NCBI RefSeq assembly: GCF_009914755.1
Contig: NC_060928.1
Reading direction: 5' to 3' (one strand)
DNA from: the human T2T-CHM13v2.0 reference genome, Homo sapiens
Length of the DNA: 64,000 nucleotides
Below are positions 50,502-64,000 of the stretch, in pieces. The translations under genes were made by a program, and so were the position numbers. The first letter of the stretch is position 1, and each line of letters starts with the position of its first letter. The notes beneath the pieces are model-generated. The model was given only the letters and a program-made list of their open reading frames with translations. It ran no database searches and was not told where the DNA came from.

Positions 50502-50951
50502 TGTATTCGTTTCCTACGACTGCCATAACACAATATCACAAATGGAGTGGCTTAAAACAACAAAAATGTACTGTCTCACAGCTCTTAGAGCGAGAAGTGA
50601 AAAATCACGGAGTCAGCAGAGGTATGCTGCCACTGAAACATGTAAGAGAGAAATCTTTGCCACTTCCTAGCTTCTGGTGATGGTCATCAACTGGCATTTT
50701 TTTTTACTTTCAGCTACATTACTCCAATCTCTGCCACTGTCCTCATAAGGCATTCTCCCTGTGTGTGTGTCCACATTTCCCTCTTCTTAGTACACCAACA
50801 GTCGTATTGGATTTGGGCCCACTCTAATGATCTCACCTTTATTTGATCACGTATACAGAGAACTTCTTTACAAATAAGGTCACATTCAGAGGGACTGGGA
50901 GTTAGGCTTCAATATATTTTGAGTTTGGGGAAGCCAATTCAACCTATAACA
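50502..50951 (-). mobile_element. MLT1B/C-like MaLR LTR
   Basis: tgtatt.gtttccta...gtggcttaaaacaaca...caaataaggtcacattc...aattcaacctataaca; TSD ttga(a/g). Confidence 0.88.
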
Positions 50952-51764
50952 TTGAGTAATAGCAGGTAACCACAATGCTTTAGTGATCTTATAAAAATGA
51001 TGTCGAAAAGTAAGCTCTGTGTTCTAGAGTTTGTTTTCATTATAAAGATTACATTCACTGAAAGCTCTATGCATATAATGTATCTTTAGATGATAGTCTA
51101 CTATAAATGTTGATGCTCTTAGCTTTAGAAAAATTCAGTAAATTCTAAAAACTTTCTTCAAATTGAGCTGAACTCATCTGTGATCTCACTATTTCTGTGT
51201 CACAATCAATTTGGGAAATAAACATATTTTAATATTATATTTTCTCTTTGTTCATGACGGGCATAGTCAAGTGATGATTAGTTTATGTGATTCATTTTAT
51301 TGCATTTAATAGAAATTACTAACCAGAATTACAGCTCAAGTCTCTCGACAGGGAACAAATCACAGCAAATGAATCCAACAGGAATCAATATGATGATTCA
51401 TTAGCAATGAGCTCTCACTGAGAGTCCCAACAAGCTGAAGACTTCATACCATATTTTTTTATGAACCAAATGTCAATAGCGAAATTAACTACTAAAAAGT
51501 ATCACAGAAATGTGCTTTATTTTAATATCATATTTCACAATTTTTTAAACAACTGAAACAAGTTTATGTATTTCACTTTTGCTTCTACAAATTATTTTAA
51601 AATACAGTTTCCACATCTCAAATATCATATTGGAATAATTATTAGAATTTTATAAAGTCTGTTTCCCAAAATATTTACTAAATATTTTGTCCTCATAATC
51701 TCACTAGAAGATTACATTCCATTATATGATATTTTAACAGTTTTCTCATTGGTTTAACTGTGGC

Positions 51765-52000
51765 ATGTATGCACAAATACACATGCACATGAATCCATGT
51801 GCAGACACACACATATATGCACAGCACAAGGTCGAAAGCACATTAAAAGATTTCTCAAATATAGATATATCAATATATAAATATGAAAAAAGCATACTAT
51901 GTGTGTGTGTGTATATATGTATACACACAAACATATACACACACATATATATATACAAACACATACACACATATATATACAAACACAAATATGCACACAT
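51765..52000. repeat. (CA/TA)-rich low-complexity region
   Basis: Alternating purine-pyrimidine tracts; source of three spurious ORFs. Confidence 0.85.
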
Positions 52001-52080
52001 CAACTTTTTGGATATGACATCTAATTCAACTCCAAATTTCCCCAGTTATACTGTCATGACCTTAGAAATGAAGTAGGTAG

Positions 52081-53728
<1,648 letters not shown>

Positions 53729-56700
53729 TTTCTGGAGCTCTTAAAAAATAAACTTTATTTAGAAAGAAAACAAAAAACAAAAACAATTTTTGGAACAGTT
53801 GTAGGTTCACAGCAAAACTGAGCAGAAGTTACAGAGATTTCCTATATACTTCCTGTTCCCATATTAATATACCATCTGTCATTAACAACATCTTCCTAGA
53901 GAACAGTGCACTTGCTACAATTGATGAAGATAACTTGACACATCATTACCAACCCGGGTTCACAGTTAAAGTTAGAACTCACTTTTGGTCTTATTGAGTC
54001 TATGGGCTTGGACACATTTTTAATGACATATATGCACAATTATGGTATTATGCAGAATAGTTTCACCACTCAAAATCCTCTGGATTCTCCTTATGTATCC
54101 CTCCCTATCCCTAACCCTTGAAACGACTAGCCTTACTGTATCCACAGTTTCACCTCTTCCAGAATGTGATATACTCATTTATGTTTCTTCCATGTCTTTT
54201 CATGGCTTGATAGCTCATTTTTTTAGTGCTAAATAATATTCCACTCTCTAGATGTGCCATAATTTATCAATTCTCCAACATCTGTTTCTTCCAAGTTTTG
54301 GCAATTATAAATAAAGCTACTATAAGCATCAATTTTCAGGTTTTTGTCTGAACATAAGTTTTCATCTCCTTTGGATAAATAGCAATGAGCAGTATGGCTG
54401 GATCCTACGGTACGAGTATGTTTCATTTTCTAAGAAGCTGCCTGTTTTTCATAGCAGCTGTAACAATTTGCATTCCCAGTGGTAATGAATGAAAGTTCTT
54501 GTTGGTTCACATCCTCCCCAGCATTTGGTATTATCAGCGTTCTGGATTTGGCTATTCTAATAGGTTTGTAGAAATATCTAATTGTTGTTTTAATTTTAAT
54601 TTGCATTTCCCTAATGACATATGATGTGGAGCATATTTTATGTGCTTGTTTGCCATCTGTATATCTTCTTTGGTGAGGTATCTTTTAATGTATTTGGCTC
54701 ATTTTTTGTTTGTTTTCTTTTTGTTGAATTTTAAGCATTCCTTGTAAATTTTGTATAATAGCCCTCTATCAGATATGTCTTTTGCACGTATTTTCTCTCA
54801 GTCTGTTGCTTGTTTTATCATTCTCTTGACAGTATCTTTCACAGAGCAGAAATTCTTAATTTTAATTAAGTCCAAGTTATCAAATTTTTCTTTCATGAAT
54901 CATGCCTTTGTTGTAGTATCTGAAACGTTACCATCAAACCCAAGGTCATATGATTTTTTTTTCTATGTTATGTTGTAGGAGTTTAATATTTTTGCATTTT
55001 GCATTTAGGCCTGTGATTCACTTCAAGTTAATTTTTGTAAAAGGTGTAAGGTTTATGTTTAGATTCATTTTTCTCCAGGTGGTTGTCTAGTTGTTCCAGC
55101 ACTGTTTGTTGAAAAAATTTCCTTTTCTCCACTGTATTGTCTTTTCGCCTTTGTCAAAGATTGGTATACTGTACTTATGTAGGTCTCTTTCTGGACTCTT
55201 TTCTGTTCCATTGATCTATTTGTCTGTTCTCTTACCAATACCACACTCTCTTGACCACTGTAGCTTTATAACAAACTTTTGAGTCAGGTAGTATCAGTCT
55301 TCCATTTTTTTTTTCTTCAACTTTAACATTGTGCTAGCTATACTGAATATTTTGCCACTTCATAAAAACTTCCGAATCATTTAGTAGATATCTACAAAAT
55401 AACTTCCTGTAATTTTGATTGGGGTTGTATATTATTTATAGATCAAATTGGGAAGAATTGACATATTGAAAATATTGAATCTTTTTGTCCATAAACATAA
55501 AATATTTATCCATTTATTCAGTCCTTTTTATATCTTTCATTAGAGATTTGTAGTTTTCCTCATATAGATTCTGTGCATATTTTGTTACATTTATATTTAA
55601 ATATTTCCTTTTGGGGATGCTAATGTAAATAGTGTGTGTTCTTGGTTTCAGATTCCTCTTGTTCATTCATGGCATATAGGAAAGTGATTAACTTGTGTAT
55701 ATTAACTTTGCATTCTGCCACACTGCTATAATCACTTGTTAGTTTCAGGAACTTTTGTTGTTGTTGTCGATTGTTTTGGATTTCCTACATAATGATATCA
55801 CCTGTGTACAAAGACACTTTTAATTCTTCTACACCAGTAAGTATACCTTTATTTCTCTTTGTATAATTGTGCTAGGACTTTCAGTAAAATCTTGAAAAAA
55901 GAGTGGTGAGAGTTAACCTTGCCTACTTCCTGATCTTAGTTAGAAAGCTTCCAGTTTTCCACAATCAAGCATGATGTTGGCCATCAGTTCCTTTGTAGAT
56001 GTCTTTATCAGTTTGAGCAAGTTCTATTCTTAGTTGACTGAGAGATTTTATGATGAATGACTGAGAGATTTTATGATGATTTTATGATGAATTTTTGGAT
56101 TTTGTCAGATGCTTTTTCTACATCTATTGATACAGTTTTGTGATCTTTCTTATTTAGCTTGTTGATATGATGGACCATATTAATTGATTCTGGAATATTG
56201 AACCAGCCTTGTATATCCGGGATAAATCCCACTTGGTCATGGCATACAATTCTTTTTATACATTGTTGGATTTGATTTGCTAATATTTTGTTGAAGATAT
56301 TTGCATCTATGTCCACAACATATATTGGTGTGTAGTTTCCTTTTCTTATAATGTCTTTATCTGATTTTAGTATTCAGGTAATGCTGACTTCATAGAATGA
56401 GTTAGAAAGTATTCACTCTGTTTCCACCCTCAGAAAGACATTATAGAAAATTGGTATAATTTCTTCCTTGAATGTGTGGTAGAATTCATGAGTGAACCCA
56501 TCTGGGCCTTGTACTTTCTGTTTGGAAAGTTATTCATTTTTGATTCAATTTGTTTGGTAAATATTCACCTATTCAGATTGCCATTTCTTCTTGGGTGAGA
56601 TTTAGCAGATTGTGTCTTTCAAGGAGTAGGTCTGTTTCAACTAGGTTATCAAATTTGTGGTCATGGAGTTGTTTACAATATTCCTTTATTATCATTTGCA

Positions 56701-57194
56701 TGTCCATTAGATCTGTAGTGATGTGTCTTCTTTCATTTCTGATGTTAGTAATTTGAGTCCACTCTTCTTTTTTTTTTTTTTTTTTCCTTAGCCTGGCTAA
56801 AGGCATACAGATTTTATTGATTTTTTTTTTTTTTCCCAAAAGACTGACTTTTGATTTCACTGAATTTCTCTATTGGCTTCCTGTTTTCTACTCCATTGAT
56901 TTCTACTCTGGTTTTTAGTACTACTATTATTACTTCCAGTTACTTTTTATTTAATTTCCTCTCCTTTTCCTAGTTTCCTAAGATGAAAACTTAGATTATT
57001 AATGTTAGATCTTTCTTCGTCTCTATACAATCAATGTTATAAATATCCCTGTAAGCACTGCTTTCATTACATCTTACAAATTGTTATGTTGTGTTTTCAT
57101 TTTTATGTAGTTCAATTTTTTTTTTAATTTTCTGTTAAGATGTCTTCTTTGACCTGTATGCTATTTAAAAGTGTGTTTGTAATGCCCCGTAACC

Positions 57195-57742
57195 TTCAGC
57201 AATCCCACTGTTGGGTATAAACCCAAAGGATTATAAACCATTCTACTATAAAGACACATTCACATTTATGTTTATTGCAGCACTATTCACAATAGCAAAG
57301 ACTTGGAACCAACCCAAATGCCCATCAATTATAGACTGGATAAATAAAATCTGGCATATATACACCATGGAATACAATGCAGCCATAAAAAAGGATTAGT
57401 CCATGTCCTTTGCAGGGACATGGATGAAGCTGGAAGCCATCATTCTCAGCAAACTATGCAGGAACAGAAAATCAAACACCACATGTTCTCATTCATAAGT
57501 GGGAGATGAACAATGAGAACACATGGACACAGGGAGGGGAACATCTCACACTGGGGCCTATTGGGGGATAGGGTAGCTAGGGTAGAGATAGCATTAGGAG
57601 AAATACCTAATGTAGATGATGGGTTGATGAGTGCATCAAACCACCATGGCACATGTGTACCTATGTAACAAACCTGCATGTTCTGCACATGTATCCCAGA
57701 ACTTAAAGTATAATTTAAAAAAAAAGGAGAGAAGAGAAAAAA
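57195..57742 (+). mobile_element. L1PA7/8-like 3' fragment
   Basis: ggagaaatacctaatgtagatga.gggttgatg; A-rich tail. Confidence 0.9.
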
Positions 57743-60598
57743 AGGGGTGTATTTGTTTAATTTCTATCTATTTTGAAAATTTTCAGCTATCTTTCTGTTA
57801 TGGATTTCTGGTTTAATTTTATTGTGGTCTGAGAACAAACATTGTTTGATTCCTATTCTTTCAAATTTGTTAAAATATGTTTTATGGCCCAGAATGTGGT
57901 TTACCTTGGTGAATTTTCCATGTTAGCTTGAGAGGCATGCTTTTCTGATGTTGAATGAAGTACCCAATAGAGGTCAATTATATTCAGTTCATTGATGGTG
58001 CTGTAGAGTTCAAATATATCCTTACTTATTTCCTGCCTGTTGGACCTGTCCATTTCTGATAGAGGGGTGCTGAAGTTTCCAAATATAATAGCAGGTTTAT
58101 CTATTTCTTCTTTCAGTTATATTAGTTGTTCCCTGATGTATTCCGATGCAATGCTGTTAAGTATGTACATATTAAGGACTGTCATGTCTTCTTAAAGGAT
58201 TCATCCCTTTATCATGTAATGCTCCTCCTTATCTCTGATACTATCCTTGCTCTGACGTCGGCTCTGTCTGAAATTTGTTTTGATGATTGTTAGCATAATA
58301 TATATTTCCCCATTCATTTACTGTTAACTTATATGTATTTATATTTAGGGTAAGTTTCTTGCAGACAAAATATAGTCTTGCTTATTGATCCACTCTGTCA
58401 ATCTTATCTTTTAATTGATATATTTATACCATGATGTTTAAAATAAGTATTGATATAGTTGGGTTAATATTTATCTTATTTATGACTATCTTCTATTTGT
58501 TGCCTGTGATCCTGGTTCCTTTTTTTGTCTTCTACTCTTTCCGCATTTTATGAATTTAATTGATCACTTTATATTATTCCATTTCATCTTCTTTTTATCT
58601 TAGCATATCAGTTATATATTTTTCCTTGGTTTCTTATAAGTTATTTTTAGTGGTTGCTCTGAAGTTTGCAATATAAATTTACAACTAATCCAAGTCCACC
58701 TTCAAGTAACACTATGCTGCTTCATAGGTAGTGCAGGTACCTTACAATAACTCCCTAAAAATAATCCTTAATATTTCTAACTTCTTAAAAAATAATAATT
58801 ACCCCCTCCATTCTTTGTATCATTGCTGTTATTCATTTCACATATACGTAAGCATACACATATATATGCATTTTTAATAAAAACATTGTTTCTGTTATTA
58901 ATTTGAACAAATTATTGTCCATTTGATAAATTAAGAAAAAGGTATTTATTTTACTTTCACTTACTCATTTTCTGATGCTCTTTCTTTATGTTGATACAAG
59001 TTTCTGATCTATTTCAGTTTTCTTTTCTCTGAAGTTCTTCTTTTGGGGTTTCTTGCAGGGAGGGTCTGCTGACAACACATCCCCTCAAATTTTTTTTTTT
59101 TTTTGGTCTAAGAAAATTCTTATTTCTCTTTCACATTTTAAGGATAATTTCACAGGTTACAGAATTTTAGGTTGATGATATTTTCCTCTTAATATTAAAT
59201 ATTTCATTTAATTCTTTTCTTGCTTTCATAGTTTCTGATAAGTCAGATATAATTTTATCTTAGTGAGTGCTTTTTTTCTTTCTCTCTAGTTTCTCTCAGG
59301 ATTTTTGTTTCTTTATTTTGATTTTCTTCAATTTAAATATGATTTGTCTAGGTGTAGGTTTTCTTAGCATTTATCTTGCTTGCTGTTCTCTGAGGTTCCT
59401 GAATCTTTGGTTTGGTGTCAGACATAACTTGAAGAAATTCTTGGTCGTGGGTGATTCAAATATTTCTTCTCTTTTTTTTTAATTCTTCTTCTGATAGTCT
59501 CATTACATATATGTTACACTATTTGCAGTTTTCTCACAATTCTTGGATATTCTGTGTTGTTGATGGTTTTTTTAATCTTTTTTTCTTTTTCTTTTTTGGC
59601 AATAACAATTGAAATATCCTTAAGCTCAGGTAGTCTTCTCTCAACCATGACCGATCTACTAATATGCCCAAGAAAGGCATTCTTTATTACTTTTACAGTG
59701 TTTTTGAGCTCTAGAATTTCTTTTTGTTTCTGTCTGAGAATTTCCGTCTCTCTGCCTACATTGCCCATCTGTTCTTACATGCTGTCTCCTTTATACATTA
59801 AAGTTCTTAGCATATAAACTGTAGCTTTAAAAATTCCCAGTCTGATAATTCTAACATCCCTGCCTTATCTGAGTATGGTTCTGACACTTACTGTGTCTCT
59901 TCAAACTGTGTGTGTGTGTTTCTTTTTTTAGTATGCCTTGTTTTTTTAATATATATCTGAACATGATGTAGTGGGTAAGTAGAACTGTTGTAAATAGACC
60001 TTTAGTAATGTGGTGGTAAGGTGTGGTCCTTAATCATAGGTCTGGTCCTATGATTGAGACTCGGTCTTTTAGTGAGCCTGTGCCTCTGGACTGCAACCTT
60101 CACAAGTGCTTCTCTGTTCCCCCTCCCACCCTCTTTTACCTTTAATAGGATAGCTAGAATGGGCTGACGTTGAGTATTTTCCTTCTCCCAGTTGGAAGGC
60201 TAGAGCCTGCTGGAGTTGGGCATTTCCCTTTCCCAGGTCATGTAGACTCGAATTAACCCCCAGTAGGTTAGGTTCAAGTTAAACAGTTTCCCCAGGGACA
60301 GACATTGTGAAGAAGAAAAGAATAGTGTATTTCAAAATGGTTACTTTCTCCCTTCCCCTGCTGGAAGCATGAAGGGATTTTTTTTTCCTCTAATATTCAC
60401 TGTGGGAATCTAGTTCCTCAAGGCAAAACTCACATAAGTATGGGCACCCGCCTATGACTAGATCCCCCTAGAGTTTTTGACTCTCAGAATTTTCCACACT
60501 GAGTCTCCAGCAAGTCATCAAATACAGTTCAGGTTTTCCTATAGCCCAGCAATAGTTCCCACAGAGGTTTCTGGTCCAGTAAGTTGCAATTCTCCTTA

Positions 60599-63234
60599 CA
60601 GGCGTATCTTGCCTTAGAGACATTGAAGGTTCAGTTCCAGATCACAGCCACAAAGTGAATACTGCAATAAAGCAAGCCACACATTTTTTTGTTTCCCAGT
60701 ACATATCAAAGTTATGTTTCCACTGTGCTATAGTCTCTTAAGTATGCAATAGCACTATGTCTAAAAAAACAACATGAATACCTTAATTTAAAATACTTCA
60801 TTTCTAAAAATGCTAACAATCTTCTGGGCCTTCAGCGTGTCATAATCCTTTTGCTGGTGGAGAGTCTTGCCTGGGTATTGATGGTTGGTGCCTGATTAGG
60901 GTGGTGGTTGCTAACTGAGGCAATTTCTTAAAGTAAAACAACAATGCAGTTTGCCTTATCAATTGCCTCTTTGTTTCACAAAAGATTTCTCTATAGCATG
61001 CCATGCTGTTTAATAGAATTTTACCCATGGTAGAACTTCTTTCAAAATTGGAGTAAATCCTCTTATCCCTGCTGCTGATATATCAACTAGGTTTATGTAA
61101 TATTCGAAATCCTTTGTTGTCATTTCAACAAGGTCCATAGCATCTTCAAAAGGAGATTCCATCTCAAGAAACCACTGTCTTTGTTCCTCCATAAGAAGCA
61201 ACTCCTCATTATTTTCATTCTCATTTTATTGTCAGATTGTAGCAATTTGGTCACATCTTCAGGCTCTACTTCTAATACTATTTCTCTTGTTATTTTTACC
61301 ACAACTGCAGTTACTTCTTCCACTGAAGTATTGAACTCCTCACGGTCATTCATGAAAGTTGGCATTAAATTCTTTCAGACTTCTGCTCATGTTGATTATG
61401 TTGATCACCTCCCATGAATCACAAATGTTCTAAATTTCATCTAGATTGGTGAATCCTTTCCAGAATATTTTCAATTTACTTTACCCAGACCCATTGGAAA
61501 AATTGCTATCTATGACAGCTGTAGCCTTACAACATGCATTTCTTAGATAATATGACTTGAGAGTTGAAACTACTCTTTGACCCATAGGCTGCAGAATGGA
61601 TGTTGTGTTCACAGGCATAAAATCAATATTAATTTCCTTGTGAATCTCGATCAGAGCTCTTGGGTAACCAGGTGCATTGTCAATAAGCAGTCATAATTTC
61701 AAAGTAATATTGTTTTCTGAGCACCAGTTCGCAGCAGTGGCCTTAAAATATTCAGGAAACCATGCTGTAAACAGATGTGCTGTCATCCAAGCTTTGTTGT
61801 TCCATTAATAGGACACAGGGAGGATAGATTTAACAGAATTCTTAAGAGCTCTAGGATTTTTGGAAAAGTAAATGAGCATTGGCTTCAACTTAAAGTCAGC
61901 AGCTGCATTAGCCCCTAACAAGAGAGTCAGTCTGTCCTTTGAAGCTTTAAAGCTAGGCCTTGTTTTGTCCTCTCTAGCTATGAAAGTCCCAGGGGGCATC
62001 TTCTTCCAATATAAGGCTGCTTTATCTTCACTAAAAATATGTTGTTTAAATGAGAACACATGGACAAGGGAGGGGAACATCACACACCGGGCCCTGTCAG
62101 GCATAGGGGACAAGAGGAGGGAGAGCATTAGAACAAATGTACATGGGGGTTAAAGCCTAGATGACAGGTTGATGGGTGCCACAAACCACCATGGCACATG
62201 TATACCTATGTAACAAAACAGCACCTTCTACACATATATCCCAGAACTTAAAGTAAATTAAAAAATAAAAATCTGTTGTTTAGGGCAGCCACCTTTGTCA
62301 ATGCTTTCAGCTAGATCTTCTGAATAACTTGTTGTAGCTTCTACATCAGCACTTGCTGCTTCCTCTTGTACTTTTACATTATGGAGAAGACTTTTCTCCT
62401 TAAGCCTCATGAACAAACCTCTGCTGGCTTCTATTTTTTCATCTGAAGCTTTCTGACCTCTCTCAGACTTCAGAGAATTGAAAAGACTTAGGGCCTTTCC
62501 TTAGATTTTGCTTTGGCTTAAAGAAAGATAGTGGCTGGTTTGATCTATTCAGACCACTGAAACTTTCTCCATATCAGCAAAAAAGACTTCTTTGTTTTCT
62601 CACCATCCGTGTGTTCACTATAATAGTACATTTAATTTCTTTCATGAACTTTTCTTTTACATTTACAACTTGCTCAACTCCTTGATGCAAGAGGCCTAGC
62701 TTTCAGCTTATCTTTGCTTTCAACCTGTGTTCCTCATCAAGCCTAATATTTTCTAAATTTTGATTTAAAGTGAGAGAGGTGGGACGCTTCCTTTCACTTG
62801 AGCATGTAGAGACCATTTGCAGAGTTATTAATTGGCTTAATTTCAATATTGTTGCATCTCAGGGAATACTGGGAGGGGGGAATTGGGGATGAAGCAATCA
62901 GAACACATGTGGTGTTTATTGATTAAGATCGATTCATTTTGCCATCTTTTATGGGCATGATTTGTGTCCCCTCCAAACAGTAACATCAAAAATCACTGAC
63001 TATAGATCACCATAAGAGATATAACAACAATGAAAAAGTTTGAAATATATTGAGAATTACCAAAGTGTGACACAGAGACATAAAAAGTAAGCACTTGCTG
63101 TTGGAAAAATTGTGCAAATAGACTTGTTTGATACAGGGTTGCCATAAACATTCAATTTGTAAAAAAAAAAAAAAAAACACACAACATCTGGGAAATGCAA
63201 CAAAGATGAAGTGTAATAAAATGAGGTATGGCTA
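60599..63234 (-). mobile_element. Essentially full-length Tigger1 DNA transposon (degenerate transposase)
   Basis: TA-flanked TIRs caggcgtatct.../...gaggtatggcta; transposase fragments ([26 protein letters not shown]); ~2.4 kb after removing the nested L1. Confidence 0.95.
62049..62267 (+). mobile_element. Short L1PA 3' end inside Tigger1
   Basis: TSD aaaat(a/c)tgttgttta at 62034-62048 and 62268-62282. Confidence 0.92.
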
Positions 63235-63651
63235 TATCTGCTCCTGTCTCCAAAATTTTGAGAGTAGATGTTTACCTTGCAATCTCACTTCTATTATGGG
63301 TCTAAGAAGAGTTGCTGGCCTTCTGTGTGTTCAGCTTTTTACTTATTGTTGCAATGGAGTGATGATTTCCAAGTTCTTACATTTGGGGCAGGAAATTGGA
63401 AGTCCAAATATAGTATTTTCAAATGACAGAAGAGCATATTTTCTTCAAAAATATAGCCAGTATCAATTTAAAACTCAAATGTTTAAATTCCCAGATGACG
63501 AAATTTTGTATATTTTCTCTTATTCTGATTTGCTGACTTATTCTTTTACAATATTTATACTGACAACCAAGCCCTCCTCCAAGTATAGCCAGGAGAATTT
63601 AGTCTTCTGACCAAATTCTTGTTCATTGATTGAAATTTATAAAGTTCATAC

Positions 63652-63774
63652 CTTTTGCCAAAAACCAGGCTCATTCTTAGAAACAGAAAGACTTACAGGA
63701 CAATAAACTTGCCAGATTATGTGGCAGATTCAGGAGGAAACTCTCACAATGTCTTTTGTGATATGAATCTGTAT
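63652..63774 (-). pseudogene. Possible exon (123 nt): IQIHITKDIVRVSS*ICHIIWQVYCPVSLSVSKNEPGFWQK
   Basis: Acceptor cttcttcag, donor AAG|gtatga; an alternative internal gtaagt lies at 63691-63696. Confidence 0.35.
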
Positions 63775-63784
63775 CTGAAGAAGT

Positions 63785-64000
63785 ATTCATGGACTTCCAC
63801 GCTATGCAAGACATTCTGACAGGTACTATGGAAGTTAACAGAAAACAAAGGGCAAGGCCTCTGCCCTCAAAAGTCCATTATTTAGTTGGGGAGAAAAGCC
63901 TGAAACTGAAACATCAAGTCATGACATAAGAAAAATGCAGGATGTTAAGGAGTAGTTGCCTTATAAGGTATAAAAGTGGTATGATAATACTTGCCAGGAG
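63785..64000 (-). mobile_element. L2 fragment
   Basis: ctatgcaagacattctg...ggcctctgccctcaa...tagttggggaga. Confidence 0.55.

Larger units (their letters stand above)
53745..63400 (-). mobile_element. Long old L1MC-like element (3' UTR, ORF2, ORF1, 5' region) with nested L1PA and Tigger1
   Basis: 3' end aggttcacagcaaaactgagcagaag; ORF2-like ORFs at 56071-56316 and 56573-56860; ORF1-like at 59514-59768. Confidence 0.85.

Noticed and set aside
51746-52076. Overlapping C/V/Y/H-rich ORFs
   Set aside because: Products of (CA/TA)n low-complexity sequence.

Overview
AT-rich primate (human or great-ape-like) genomic DNA, roughly 60% interspersed repeats: Alu, L1PA/L1M, L2, MIR, THE1/MLT1 LTRs, Tigger1, Tigger4a, MER2/3/5 and MADE1. 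I found no intact protein-coding gene, RNA gene or CRISPR array, and most listed ORFs derive from Alu, L1, Tigger or low-complexity sequence. The main hidden signal is in the unique DNA. On the minus strand lie more than 20 candidate exons with AG/GT boundaries, often separated by 71-99 nt introns and often phase-compatible. Their hand translations repeatedly give RGS-domain-like motifs interrupted by stops and frameshifts. This looks like a long-dead multi-RGS-domain gene (possibly RGS22/RGSL1-like), with one exon split by an L1. Other notable observations: two short templated copies of nearby DNA inside younger transposons; two long L1s sharing many private substitutions, one lacking a tail and TSDs; a closely spaced inverted Alu pair; and an L1PA2 inside an AluY linker. 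All calls were made by eye with no database search. Subfamily names and reading frames are provisional.
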